Part shown: piece by piece, positions 1 through 10,228 of the stretch
How positions within the stretch are numbered: position 1 is the stretch's first letter
Layout: every line of letters starts with the position of its first letter
Assembly: GCA_050187625.1 (NCBI GenBank)
Contig: JBFWXH010000027.1
Span: 4,828-68,827 of the forward strand
From: Candidatus Binatia bacterium
Lineage (GTDB): Bacteria; Desulfobacterota; Binatia; Bin18
DNA length: 64,000 nucleotides
Direction: 5' to 3'
The notes under the pieces: generated by a model
What the model was told of the DNA's origin: nothing
Database searches by the model: none
Seen by the model: only the letters and a program-made list of their open reading frames with translations
Translations under genes and position numbers: made by a program

Positions 1-1
1 G

Positions 2-634
2 CTGACGCTCGATGTTGATGACCCCACATGGTGCTATGGCTGGGACGAAGTGACAAACACCTGCCAGTTATACTTTGGCTCGAAACAGAGTTGTGAAAGT
101 CTCACTCAGTGTCAACCAAGCTTTTACGAACTCGCATCACGTGAGAACGATCCGCGGGCAACACAATCCCTCGCGCTTGAGACTGATGACCCTACCTGGT
201 GCTATGGTTGGGACGAGGACACGAACAGCTGCCAGTTGTACCTCGGATCGAAACAGAGCTGTGAGCATCTTGATCCGTGCAGACCAAACTTCTACGAACT
301 CGCGCCACGCGAAAAAGAAGTGCGAGAGCGACAAGCTGAAGAGCAGGCAACCTTTGCACGGTTAGCGCTCGAGATTGATGACCCCACATGGTGTTATGGC
401 TGGGACGAAGACGTGAACAGCTGCCAGTTGTATTTTGGTTCGAAAAGCAGTTGTGAAACTCTCGATCCCTGCCCGCAAACGTTAGCGTATCTCGCGCCGG
501 CGAAAGACTTGACTCAGTTCGTTGATAGGGGTCCCGAGGCTGCTGGTGATGTCTGCGATGGATGTGACAACTGTGTGTATGGGTGTTGCTGGGATAGCTG
601 GCCGGTTCCCTGTAATACGCTGACCGCAGAATAA
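2..634 (+). CDS. Cys-rich tandem-repeat protein of unknown function (5'-partial, runs off the window edge)
   Basis: The frame is open from nt 2 to the stop at 634. It holds three copies of DDPTWCYGWDExxNxCQLYxGSKxSCExLxxC, starting at nt 17, 185 and 377, plus a C-terminal CDGCDNCVYGCC..PC tail. Synonymous differences between copies support coding in this frame. Confidence 0.8.
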   Translation: MTLDVDDPTWCYGWDEVTNTCQLYFGSKQSCESLTQCQPSFYELASRENDPRATQSLALETDDPTWCYGWDEDTNSCQLYLGSKQSCEHLDPCRPNFYELAPREKEVRERQAEEQATFARLALEIDDPTWCYGWDEDVNSCQLYFGSKSSCETLDPCPQTLAYLAPAKDLTQFVDRGPEAAGDVCDGCDNCVYGCCWDSWPVPCNTLTAE

Positions 635-720
635 CGAACAACAAGGCAAAGAAAGGTGCGATGCGGCAGTCTCTTCTTACGTTGAACCTTTCGTAAGCAC
701 GAGGCGAAACGTCTCTCAAG

Positions 721-746
721 AACGCCCCAGTTCTCGCTGGGGTGTT
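721..746. terminator. Hairpin between convergent genes, possible terminator
   Basis: AACGCCCCAG-ttctcg-CTGGGGTGTT lies between the stop at 634 (+) and the nuoN stop at 781 (-). Confidence 0.45.
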
Positions 747-780
747 TCTCGATTCCCTTGAGGCAAAGATGGAAGGAAGG

Positions 781-2328
781 TTACGGACGACGCGAAAGAT
801 CGGGCGCTGGCTGACTGATACCAGTAAGCATATTGCTCGAACCATTGATAGAATGCAGAGCTACACGATGTGATTTTTCAGTTGAGGCAAAACCATCGCG
901 TGCACGCCACATTGAGGTCGAAGGGAATACCCCCATCAGGATCGTCGCCAGCGCAGTAATCGTAATTGCCGAGGCTAACGCAGGGCGTGAAGACAAAGGT
1001 TCAATCTCTTTTTCGCCATCATACATGTACATCGTCACGATCACGCGAATGTAGTAGTACGCCGAGACTGCACTATTGAGCACCCCAATCACTGCTAGCC
1101 AAATGAAACCGGACTCGACTGCCGCACTAAAGAGATAAAACTTTCCCGTAAATCCAACTAGCGGAGGAATGCCGGTAAGAGACAACATGAAGATTGTCAT
1201 GGCAAGCGCGAGACCAGGATAGCGAAACCCGATTCCAGCATAATCATCGAATTCTTCGTTGGCTTCGCCACGACGACTGACGGCAACAATCACGGCAAAT
1301 GCCCCAAGATTCATCACCCCATACGCAATCAGATAATAAAGGAGAGCTGAGCCGCCTAACTCACCACCTGCAACCATCGCTACCAGCAAATACCCGGCGT
1401 GGGCAATACTTGAATACGCAAGCATACGTTTGACATTGTTCTGGACGATGGCAGTGACATTCCCAACGGTCATCGTCACTACAGCCAGAATCCAGAGGAT
1501 CCACTGCCATTGCGCCTGTACTGGATCAAGTGTGACCATAAAAATCCGTGCGAATGCCGCAAAGGCAGCCGCTTTTACTCCCACGGCCATAAAGGCAGTT
1601 ATCGTTGTTGGCGCGCCTTCGTACACATCCGGAGTCCAGACATGAAACGGTGCTGCAGCGATTTTGAAGCCGAACCCAACGATGAGTAAAGCAATCCCCA
1701 TAAAGAGCAGCGGGGAAAAACTTCCCTCACCCATGTGTTCTTGCAGGTACAAGGCAACATCATCAAGTTTAACGCTTCCTGTCGCCCCATAGATCAACGC
1801 AATGCCATACAAGAGAAAGCCGCTCGCAAAGGCCCCGAGGAGAAAGTACTTAAGAGCCGCTTCGTTCGACTTTATTTGTTGCCTCAGGATGCCAGCAAGC
1901 ACGTAGATCGCCATCGACATGGTTTCGAGGCCAAGGAATATGACAATCAGGTCAGTCCCGGCAGCCATTAACATCAGACCAACAGTAGCAAACAGGATCA
2001 ACGCATAATATTCACCGGGAGGAATATCGTTCTCCTTGACATAATGCATCGACATTGCACATGTCACCCCTGCTGCCAAACAGAGCACCAGATTAAAAAA
2101 CAAGGCATAGGAGTCGAGTGCCAACATGCCGCCGAACGCGCTCTCGTTGCGCCCCCAAAGAAAAAACGATACTTCTGCCGCATAAATAATGCTAAAAATC
2201 GATACCACTGCGAGATACGGTTTGTCGCGCTCTTTCATCCACAGATCCCAACACAGGACGATCATTCCCGCGACGGTAAGGATCAACATCGGGAGCAACG
2301 ACGACCAGTTCACCTCAGGCAATATCAT
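781..2328 (-). CDS. nuoN: NADH-quinone oxidoreductase subunit N
   Basis: Highly hydrophobic; motifs EAALKYFLLG, FKIAAAPFHVWTPDVYEGAP and KRMLAYSSIAHAGY; last gene of the nuo operon. Confidence 0.96.
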   Translation of the reverse strand: MILPEVNWSSLLPMLILTVAGMIVLCWDLWMKERDKPYLAVVSIFSIIYAAEVSFFLWGRNESAFGGMLALDSYALFFNLVLCLAAGVTCAMSMHYVKENDIPPGEYYALILFATVGLMLMAAGTDLIVIFLGLETMSMAIYVLAGILRQQIKSNEAALKYFLLGAFASGFLLYGIALIYGATGSVKLDDVALYLQEHMGEGSFSPLLFMGIALLIVGFGFKIAAAPFHVWTPDVYEGAPTTITAFMAVGVKAAAFAAFARIFMVTLDPVQAQWQWILWILAVVTMTVGNVTAIVQNNVKRMLAYSSIAHAGYLLVAMVAGGELGGSALLYYLIAYGVMNLGAFAVIVAVSRRGEANEEFDDYAGIGFRYPGLALAMTIFMLSLTGIPPLVGFTGKFYLFSAAVESGFIWLAVIGVLNSAVSAYYYIRVIVTMYMYDGEKEIEPLSSRPALASAITITALATILMGVFPSTSMWRARDGFASTEKSHRVALHSINGSSNMLTGISQPAPDLSRRP

Positions 2329-2352
2329 GGTTGTAACCCACCGTATGAAAAA

Positions 2353-3960
2353 TTAGGGGCGCATGTTTCGTGGTAAAACGTTCTCAAGAAGAGCGGTCTG
2401 CGCCCCAAGTTGCTCGTCACCAGTTTCTTCGCGCAGGGCTTGCTCGTAACGCGCGATGTTCGCTCTCGCCAGAATTTCCTCAACCGATTTTTCCATGCGA
2501 TGCAAGAACGGCGTCGGGAAAAGTCCCATGACAAACATCATGGCAACGAGCGGAGCAAAAACGAGGACTTCGCGGCGAGAGAGGTCAGTCAACTTTTTGT
2601 TTTCTTCGTTTTCAAGGGGGCCAAAAATTACCCGCTGATACATCCACAGCATATAAACAGCCCCAAGCACAACCCCTGAAACCACAAAGATCATCAGCAC
2701 CCACCCCCATCCGGAAGAACTGCTAGCAATTCCACGGAAAATGAGTGAGTTGAAGGCACCTAACATAATGAGAAACTCACCAATGAAGCCGTTGAGGCCA
2801 GGCAAGCCAATAGAAGAAAACATCGCAATCAGGAAAATCGAAGCGTAGATAGGCACCTGCTTCCAGAGTCCTCCGTACTCACTGATGAGACGCGTGTGGC
2901 GGCGCTCATAGATCACACCGACGAGAAGAAACAGAGCACCAGTCGAAAGGCCATGATTGAGCATCTGGAAAATCGCGCCTTGCGCCCCTTGCTGATTAAA
3001 AGCAAAGAGCCCCAGGACAACAAATCCCATATGACTCACAGACGAATAGGCAACCAGTTTTTTGAGGTCCGGCTGCACCATCGCCACCAGCGCGCCATAG
3101 AAAATGCCGAAGATAGCAAGAAGGATCAGGATCGGAGCATAGACATACGCTGCGTAGGGAAAGAGCGGAATAGCAAACCGCAAGAGTCCATAAGTTCCCA
3201 TTTTCAGTAATACCCCGGCCAAGATTACCGATCCCCCTGTGGGAGCCTCGACATGTGCATCTGGTAACCAGGTATGGAAAGGAAAGAGCGGAACCTTAAT
3301 GGCAAAAGAGAAAACGAACGCCCAGAAGAGCCAACGTTGGGCACTGGAGTCAATGTTGAGATTGTAGAGTTGTAGCAGGTTAAACGACAAGGCTCCTTCC
3401 TGTACGTTATGGAGGTAGGCAAGATATAAGATTGCTACCAACATCAGAAGGCTGCCAACCATCGTGTAGATAAGAAACTTAATAGCCGCGTAGATCCGTC
3501 GCTCCCCACCCCATACTCCTACCAGGAAATACATAGGAATCAGCATGACTTCCCAGAACACGTAGAACAAAAACAGATCGATAGCGACAAATGCGCCCAA
3601 CATGCCAGTCTCAAGGAGAAGAAATAGACTGAGGTACTCCTTCACACGCTTGTGAACGTCTCCCCACGACGCGATAATCACTAAAGGCACGAGGAACGTA
3701 GTCAACAGAATAAGAAAGAGACTAATGCCATCGACCCCAACATGATAGTCGATACCAAAATCTGGAATCCATGCTGATTTCTCAACGAACTGGAATCCGG
3801 CAACGGAGCTATCAAACCCCCTTAGGAGTTCAAGAGAAAAGACGAACGTCAAAAGTGAGGCAATCAGCGCAAACCAACGGAGACCATTCTCGCGTTCTTT
3901 ATTAATAAAGAGCAGCAGAAGGGCTGCAACTAGCGGAGTAAACAATACCAGGCTTACCAT
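2353..3960 (-). CDS. nuoM: NADH-quinone oxidoreductase subunit M
   Basis: Motifs FYVFWEVMLIPMY, FAIKVPLFPFHTWLPDAHVEAP and KKLVAYSSVSHMG. Confidence 0.96.
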   Translation of the reverse strand: MVSLVLFTPLVAALLLLFINKERENGLRWFALIASLLTFVFSLELLRGFDSSVAGFQFVEKSAWIPDFGIDYHVGVDGISLFLILLTTFLVPLVIIASWGDVHKRVKEYLSLFLLLETGMLGAFVAIDLFLFYVFWEVMLIPMYFLVGVWGGERRIYAAIKFLIYTMVGSLLMLVAILYLAYLHNVQEGALSFNLLQLYNLNIDSSAQRWLFWAFVFSFAIKVPLFPFHTWLPDAHVEAPTGGSVILAGVLLKMGTYGLLRFAIPLFPYAAYVYAPILILLAIFGIFYGALVAMVQPDLKKLVAYSSVSHMGFVVLGLFAFNQQGAQGAIFQMLNHGLSTGALFLLVGVIYERRHTRLISEYGGLWKQVPIYASIFLIAMFSSIGLPGLNGFIGEFLIMLGAFNSLIFRGIASSSSGWGWVLMIFVVSGVVLGAVYMLWMYQRVIFGPLENEENKKLTDLSRREVLVFAPLVAMMFVMGLFPTPFLHRMEKSVEEILARANIARYEQALREETGDEQLGAQTALLENVLPRNMRP

Positions 3961-5867
3961 AGGTAAACCCCCAGAAAGAGAATAACAGTCGCCCCGATCA
4001 AGAATGACATCGCATAGCTTTGTACGTTACCGGTTTGCCATAGCCGTGTAATCGATCCCCATCGTTCCATAAGATGCGCCGTCCCGTTCACCGTTCCGTC
4101 GATTACTACAACATCAATAAACCTCCAGAACCAATTGGCTAAGGCAGTGGTAGGTTGGACAATAAAGATGTCGTAGATTTCATCGACATACCATTTATTC
4201 CATAGTAGTTTCCGCGCTCCGACCGGCTCCTCATTGAGTTTCTCGACAATCCGTGGTGACAGCACATACATAAAAAACGCCAGCACGAGACCAATAGCCC
4301 CAGCCGCAGTGGGCAACCAGCGAATAAACTCAGGAACCTCCGCCGGATGGCTATGGTGAAAGATCGGTTCCAGCCAATGGAGGGGAGAAAGATAATAGCC
4401 TCCCACAATCGACAACCCAGCAAGAATGATCAGTGGCAGAGTCATTGACAGCGGTGACTCGTGAATATGGTGCACCACCTCATGGTCAGCTCGTGTTTCA
4501 TAACCAGTAAAGGTCACAAAAAAGAGGCGGAACATATAGAAAGCGGTCATACCTGCCCCGATAGTCCCGATCCAATACAGAAGGGTGTGGGTATGATACG
4601 CCTCTTCAAGGATGAGATCTTTACTGTAATAGCCAGAGAAAAATGGTGCCCCAGCAATGGCTAAACAAGCAAGAAAAAATGTGATTGACGTGATTGGCAT
4701 TTTCCACAGGAGAGCACCCATCTTACGAATATCCTGTTCGTCACTCATCCCGTGGATGACGCTTCCCGCCCCCAAGAAGAGGAGCGCTTTGAAAAAGGCG
4801 TGCGTCATGAGGTGAAAAACCCCTGCTGAATAGGCGCCAACACCAACACCGAGAAACATGTATCCCAATTGACTGACTGTGGAATACGCCAGAACTTTCT
4901 TAATATCGGTTTGCACTAAAGCAATTGTCGCGGCCAGAATCGCGGTAAATGCGGCGACATAGGCAACTACAGTCAGGGCCACAGGCGATAGAGTGTAGAG
5001 AAAATGGAGGCGAGCGATCATATAAATACCAGCGGTCACCATCGTCGCCGCATGAATTAAGGCACTCACCGGAGTCGGGCCAGCCATCGCATCCGGCAAC
5101 CAGACGTAGAGCGGGATCTGTGCGGATTTTCCCGTCGCTCCGATAAAGAAGAGGAGACATACTGCCGTCACAATGCCCGGAGAATCAGCCAAAACCGCAA
5201 CGTTTGCTTGGATCTCACTAAAGGACAGTGTCCAGACCCCCTTCTGTGCGAGCACCCAAAAGAGAAAAAAGATGCCGAGTAAGAATCCAGCATCGCCGAT
5301 GCGATTGACAATAAAAGCCTTATTGCCAGCCCGGGCTTTCTCGGTGTCGGTGTACCAAAACCCAATAAGGAGATAGGAACAGAGTCCAACCCCTTCCCAA
5401 CCAACAAATAAAAGCAATAAGTTGTCTCCCAATACCAGGAGCAGCATCGAGGCGGTAAACAGGTTGAGATAGGTGAAATAGCGCGCAACGTCTTCGTCAT
5501 GCGCCATATATCCAGTCGAATACACGTGAATGAGGAACCCGACCCCGGTAACAATCAAAATCATCACCGCAGTCAGGGCATCAACCCGTAGCGCAAAATC
5601 GACGTGAAATTGTCCCGCAGTAATCCACGGATAAATGGAATCGACTAACGCACTTCCTGGGGGGAGCCCAGAGAGTTGCTCAAACGCTGTCCAGGAGAAA
5701 GCCAAAGCCGCAAGAATTACCCCAGGAGCAACAATATTGACAGCAGTTCGCCCCAACCGTGGTGCGGCAAAAATATTAAAAAGGACACCGAAGAGCGGGA
5801 GAAAAACTATCCAACGAATATACGAGACGGCGACGATCGTTGCCTGAGCGGTGTGTGCGTGTTCCAT
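3954..5867 (-). CDS. nuoL: NADH-quinone oxidoreductase subunit L
   Basis: Motifs GWEGVGLCSYLLIGFW, GKSAQIPLYVWLPDAMAGPTPVSALIHAATMV and HLMTHAFFKALLFL. Confidence 0.97.
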   Translation of the reverse strand: MEHAHTAQATIVAVSYIRWIVFLPLFGVLFNIFAAPRLGRTAVNIVAPGVILAALAFSWTAFEQLSGLPPGSALVDSIYPWITAGQFHVDFALRVDALTAVMILIVTGVGFLIHVYSTGYMAHDEDVARYFTYLNLFTASMLLLVLGDNLLLLFVGWEGVGLCSYLLIGFWYTDTEKARAGNKAFIVNRIGDAGFLLGIFFLFWVLAQKGVWTLSFSEIQANVAVLADSPGIVTAVCLLFFIGATGKSAQIPLYVWLPDAMAGPTPVSALIHAATMVTAGIYMIARLHFLYTLSPVALTVVAYVAAFTAILAATIALVQTDIKKVLAYSTVSQLGYMFLGVGVGAYSAGVFHLMTHAFFKALLFLGAGSVIHGMSDEQDIRKMGALLWKMPITSITFFLACLAIAGAPFFSGYYSKDLILEEAYHTHTLLYWIGTIGAGMTAFYMFRLFFVTFTGYETRADHEVVHHIHESPLSMTLPLIILAGLSIVGGYYLSPLHWLEPIFHHSHPAEVPEFIRWLPTAAGAIGLVLAFFMYVLSPRIVEKLNEEPVGARKLLWNKWYVDEIYDIFIVQPTTALANWFWRFIDVVVIDGTVNGTAHLMERWGSITRLWQTGNVQSYAMSFLIGATVILFLGVYLW

Positions 5868-5880
5868 GAGTATTCAATCA

Positions 5881-6189
5881 TTACCAGCGCATAGAGTTCA
5901 ACTCATCAGCGTTAACCGTTTCTTTGGCACGAAAGACCATGAGGATGATGGCCAACCCCACAGCCGCCTCAGCTGCGGCTACAGCGATAACAAAGAAAAC
6001 GATTAACTGTCCATCCATAGACCCCCAATGCCGGGCAAGAGCAACAAAAGAGAGATTCACTGCATTTAACATGAGTTCGACGGACATAAAGATGATGATG
6101 GTATTCCGCCGTAGCAATACTCCCATGGTTCCAATCGTGAAGAGTATAGCACTCAGAATAAGGTGATAATGAGTTGGCACCATAGACAC
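5881..6189 (-). CDS. nuoK: NADH-quinone oxidoreductase subunit K
   Basis: 102 aa; motifs [12 protein letters not shown] and [11 protein letters not shown]. Confidence 0.96.
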   Translation of the reverse strand: MSMVPTHYHLILSAILFTIGTMGVLLRRNTIIIFMSVELMLNAVNLSFVALARHWGSMDGQLIVFFVIAVAAAEAAVGLAIILMVFRAKETVNADELNSMRW

Positions 6190-6233
6190 TAACTCTCAGT
6201 TACAAATTCTTGATTGACAAGAGCAAAGACTTG

Positions 6234-6740
6234 TTATCCTTGCCGGCGGGCTAAGACGACCGCCCCCACTGCCGCCACCAGTAACAGTACCGAAGTAATT
6301 TCAAACGGAAGGACAAAATCAGTAAACAGTCGTTCACTCAGGGCACGGACGGTGCCATACCCTTCAGGCAGCTGCTGGTGACTGGCCGAAAGTTCAAGCC
6401 GTCCCCCTCCTTTGCCAAGAAAAAAAGCAAGTCCTCCCACAAAAAGAAGACTCAACGTCCCTGCGGCAATCCACATTTCACGCCGCTGAAAATCTCGTGC
6501 TTCAGATTGCATATTGAGCAACATGATGACAAAAAGAAAAAGCACCATGACCGCTCCGGCGTACACAATAATTTGCAGTGCCCCGATCATATGTGCATCG
6601 AGAAACAGGAAATATACCGCTAAAAAAACCATCAGGACAACGAGAGCCAGAGCGCTGTAGACTGGGTTAGGGTGCAATACAACGGCCATTGCCGTCCCAA
6701 TCAACAAAAATGCGAGAATCAGAAAGGTGAAAATATCCAT
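6234..6740 (-). CDS. nuoJ: NADH-quinone oxidoreductase subunit J
   Basis: Motifs NPVYSAL, QIIVYAGAVMVLFLFVIMLL and PFEITSVLLLVA. Confidence 0.95.
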   Translation of the reverse strand: MDIFTFLILAFLLIGTAMAVVLHPNPVYSALALVVLMVFLAVYFLFLDAHMIGALQIIVYAGAVMVLFLFVIMLLNMQSEARDFQRREMWIAAGTLSLLFVGGLAFFLGKGGGRLELSASHQQLPEGYGTVRALSERLFTDFVLPFEITSVLLLVAAVGAVVLARRQG

Positions 6741-6742
6741 TA

Positions 6743-7879
6743 TTAGGACCCACTCGCAATTAAAACGACTAGCGCCGTGAGCATGACATTGGCGAGCGCT
6801 AGCGGCAAAAGAATTTTCCAGCCAAGAGCCATCAACTGATCATAACGAAAGCGTGGCAGTGTCCAGCGGATCATGATTTGTAGCCAGCAAAAAAATCCGA
6901 CTTTGATCGTGAAAGACCCAACTTGCAGTAAGGTAACAAGAAGCGAGGGAAGCGGATAAAAACCACCCCAAGGAAAATGCAATCCGTCACGCTCTAAGAG
7001 AGGGACCTGCCAGCCACCAAAGAAAAGGGTGGTGATGAGTCCAGCAACAATGATGGACTCCAGAAAGTCAACCAACATAAAAGTTGCTTGTTTTGCACCT
7101 GAATACTCAGTGAAATAGCCTGAGATCAGTTCAGGTTCTGCTTCAGGTAAATCGAACGGTGCGCGCTTGCTTTCGGCAATCCCAGCCGTAAGGAAAATGA
7201 TAAATGCTAGCGGTTGATAAAAAATCCCCCAATTGGGTAATACCCCCGCAATCATCCCTCCTTGCGCACGATTGATTTCCTGCAAATCAATCGTCCCGTA
7301 CGTCAGTACCACGCCAATAAGCGACAACCCCATCGCAATTTCGTAAGAAATCATTTGGGCAGACGCGCGAATCCCGCCGAGTAAGGCCCAACGATTGTTT
7401 GAAGACCACCCCGCAAGCACGACACCGTACACACCTAGCGAAACCATCGCAAGAACATACAGGATACCAACATTCAACTTTGCCGCTTGCAGTTCAATAA
7501 CTCGATCCCTGATAACGATAATGTCTCCAAAGGGAACGACGAGCATCGTAACGATGGCCGGGATTACCGCAATCATCGGGGCAAGGGTATGAAGCAGCTT
7601 ATCTGCACCAGGCGGGACAAAATCTTCTTTGGTAAATAGCTTGATCGGATCGGCAATGAGCGTATTGACGATGCCGACGTTGAAGGGAAGTTTCCCTAAC
7701 TTCGACCCAATCCCAAACGGAAGTGCGTCAGACAATCGCACCCGGTTTGCCCCGATACGATCTTGGAGGACGGCACTCCCTTTACGCTCAACCCACAAGA
7801 GAAGTCCCCCTAGGTTCATGACCATACCGATGACCATGAGCACGAGGATAACATCGATCAGAAGAACAATCGGTTCCAT
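6743..7879 (-). CDS. nuoH: NADH-quinone oxidoreductase subunit H
   Basis: Motifs ERKGSAVLQDRIG, AQMISYE, RAPFDLPEAEPEL and RWTLPRFRYDQLM. Confidence 0.96.
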   Translation of the reverse strand: MEPIVLLIDVILVLMVIGMVMNLGGLLLWVERKGSAVLQDRIGANRVRLSDALPFGIGSKLGKLPFNVGIVNTLIADPIKLFTKEDFVPPGADKLLHTLAPMIAVIPAIVTMLVVPFGDIIVIRDRVIELQAAKLNVGILYVLAMVSLGVYGVVLAGWSSNNRWALLGGIRASAQMISYEIAMGLSLIGVVLTYGTIDLQEINRAQGGMIAGVLPNWGIFYQPLAFIIFLTAGIAESKRAPFDLPEAEPELISGYFTEYSGAKQATFMLVDFLESIIVAGLITTLFFGGWQVPLLERDGLHFPWGGFYPLPSLLVTLLQVGSFTIKVGFFCWLQIMIRWTLPRFRYDQLMALGWKILLPLALANVMLTALVVLIASGS

Positions 7880-7918
7880 AGATATGTAATTTTTCTGTGA
7901 AAGAAGACGACGTTACTT

Positions 7919-8395
7919 CTATTTCGCTAATTGTTCGATAAGCTGCACCACGCTCTCTGAAGTCAAATTTTCATGGTAATCGTCGTTAATCTGAGCAACT
8001 GGAGCGGTCCCACACGAACCTAAGCATTCAACTTCACTTAACGTGAACTTTTTATCCGCGGTCGTCTGTCCTATTTCTATGCCAAGTTTTTTTTCTAAAC
8101 ACGCAACGATAGCTTCTGCTCCCATGAGCGTACAGGACAGGTTGGTGCAAACTTGTACATGGTACTTTCCAACCGGTTCTTTATTGAACATGGTATAGAA
8201 AGAAGCCACTGCGCCAACATACGCAGGTGAAAGTTCAAGAAGCTTTGCAACATATTCCATTGCTTCAGTGCTCAGATACCCAAACTCTTTCTGAGCCAAC
8301 CAAAAAGTGGGTAAAATCGCCGCCCGCTTATTCGGATATCGCGTGAGTATGTTTTCAAACTCCGCTTTGGTCGTTTCGGAAAACTGTATAGCCAT
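7919..8395 (-). CDS. nuoE: NADH-quinone oxidoreductase subunit E ([2Fe-2S] N1a)
   Basis: Motifs VASFYTMF, CTNLSC and ECLGSCGTAP. Confidence 0.95.
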   Translation of the reverse strand: MAIQFSETTKAEFENILTRYPNKRAAILPTFWLAQKEFGYLSTEAMEYVAKLLELSPAYVGAVASFYTMFNKEPVGKYHVQVCTNLSCTLMGAEAIVACLEKKLGIEIGQTTADKKFTLSEVECLGSCGTAPVAQINDDYHENLTSESVVQLIEQLAK

Positions 8396-8478
8396 AGTTA
8401 GCCGATGAAGAGTTAGAAATTAAAAATGCCTAATGATGGGGAAACTGCTTTTATAAATTTTTTTCACTTTTCCTTCTT

Positions 8479-9690
8479 TTATCGATCGCATTCCCCGCCA
8501 ATCATATTAATCATGCCGAAGGTCGTAATAATGTCAGAAATCAAATATCCACGCAGCATTTGTCCAAGAGCCGCCATACCGAAAAAGCACGGAGGTCGGA
8601 CCCGGACTCGATACGGACGCCCACTGCCATCGCTCACTAGATAAAATCCCAACTCTCCATTAGCCCCTTCAACGGCCGAATAGACCTCCCCTCGCGGGAT
8701 ACGCACCCCTTCAATGACCAACTTGAAGTGGTTCATCAACCCTTCGATGTTCCCATACACGTCTTTTTTCTGCGGAAGGGTAACTCTCGGATCATCAACA
8801 CGCACGGGCCCTTGCGGGAGTTGGTCAAGAGCTTGGTCAATAATTCGCATGCTTTGTTTTATTTCTTCGAAACGCACCCGAAAACGATCGTAATTGTCTC
8901 CCTGAGTCCCGGTCGGAACCTCAAATTCCACGCGACCATAGAAAAGATACGGGTCAGACTTACGGACGTCATACTTTACGCCACACGCCCGTAACAGCGG
9001 GCCAGTCACACCGTACGACACCGCGTCTTCACCTGACATTACTCCGACACCAGACATGCGTTCGATGAATATCCGGTTTTTCGACAGCAGCTTATCGCAG
9101 TCAGCCATGACTTGGCGAATATCGACAAAGGCACGACGAACTCTGTCGGTAAAACCTTCAGGCAGATCTTGCGTAATCCCTCCGACCCGCGCATAGCTCA
9201 CAGTCAACCGGGCACCGGTGACCTCAGTGACAATGTCAAAGAGTGTCTCACGTGCTTCCAACGCATAGAAAGCAACGGAGAGTGCTCCAGCCTCAGCCGC
9301 TGCCATACCAAGGCATGTGAAGTGATCAGTCATCCGCGAAATTTCACTCATAATCATGCGGATATACTGGCACCGTTCCGGCACTTGCAGATCCAGGAGC
9401 TTTTCTGCCGCAAGGGCAAAGCCAACATTATTGATCAGTGGAGAAATGTAGTTTAACCGATCAGCGTATGGCACCACATGGTTCCATGTGCGTTGCTCGC
9501 ACATCTTCTCGAAACCACGGTGGAGATAACCAATCTCAACATCACAATCGAGAATCTTCTCGCCATCAAGCTTGAGATTAAACTTGATCGTGCCATGAGT
9601 GGCAGGATGAGAAGGTCCCATCTGCAGAGACATAATCTCCGAAGTCGGGTCCAGCTCCATTTCAACAAGTTCGTGAGCAACTTCTGCCAT
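8479..9690 (-). CDS. nuoD: NADH-quinone oxidoreductase subunit D
   Basis: Motifs MGPSHPATHG, GYLHRGFEK and C-terminal GECDR. Confidence 0.96.
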   Translation of the reverse strand: MAEVAHELVEMELDPTSEIMSLQMGPSHPATHGTIKFNLKLDGEKILDCDVEIGYLHRGFEKMCEQRTWNHVVPYADRLNYISPLINNVGFALAAEKLLDLQVPERCQYIRMIMSEISRMTDHFTCLGMAAAEAGALSVAFYALEARETLFDIVTEVTGARLTVSYARVGGITQDLPEGFTDRVRRAFVDIRQVMADCDKLLSKNRIFIERMSGVGVMSGEDAVSYGVTGPLLRACGVKYDVRKSDPYLFYGRVEFEVPTGTQGDNYDRFRVRFEEIKQSMRIIDQALDQLPQGPVRVDDPRVTLPQKKDVYGNIEGLMNHFKLVIEGVRIPRGEVYSAVEGANGELGFYLVSDGSGRPYRVRVRPPCFFGMAALGQMLRGYLISDIITTFGMINMIGGECDR

Positions 9691-9695
9691 GCTTT

Positions 9696-10205
9696 CTACC
9701 TTTTTGGCCAGGGGTTCTTTATAGGGTCACGTTCCTCAACTAAAGGCTGCCGTTTATCGACAGGATAATCTTTTCGCAAAGGGTGCCCTTTGAACTCCTC
9801 ATACATGAGGATACGTCTGAGATCAGGATGTTCGGCAAACTTGATTCCGAACATATCCCAAACTTCGCGCTCTAACCAATTGCCGCTTTTCCACAACAGA
9901 GAGACCGTCGGTGCCCAGGCATCATCTTCAGGAAGGCGAATTTTCACCTGCAAGCGATGATTCAAAGGGATCGAGCAAAGTTGGTAGACAAGCTCAAAAC
10001 GTGGTTCTCGACCAAAAAAGTCGACTGCGGTAAGATCGGAGAGCAGGTTAAACGCGAGCTCTGGGTGATCCCGCAACGTCGCAAAAACGAGCAAGGCATC
10101 GTCTCGGGCAATAACAATGGTGTCATTACCATGAGTCGAATAGCTGTCTGAAATTTTACTGGGCAATAATGAGGAGATTTTAGCAAGGAGTCCCGTATCA
10201 GCCAT
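9696..10205 (-). CDS. nuoC: NADH-quinone oxidoreductase subunit C
   Basis: Motif WLEREVWDMFGI.F..HPDLRRILM..GHPLRKDYP. Confidence 0.95.
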   Translation of the reverse strand: MADTGLLAKISSLLPSKISDSYSTHGNDTIVIARDDALLVFATLRDHPELAFNLLSDLTAVDFFGREPRFELVYQLCSIPLNHRLQVKIRLPEDDAWAPTVSLLWKSGNWLEREVWDMFGIKFAEHPDLRRILMYEEFKGHPLRKDYPVDKRQPLVEERDPIKNPWPKR

Positions 10206-10228
10206 ATCTTCTGTAGAGTGGCGTCAGG

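Noticed and set aside
2-480. CRISPR-like or non-coding repeat array at the left edge
   Set aside because: The repeats are about 100 nt long, in frame, and differ at synonymous positions, so they are protein repeats. No cas genes are present.
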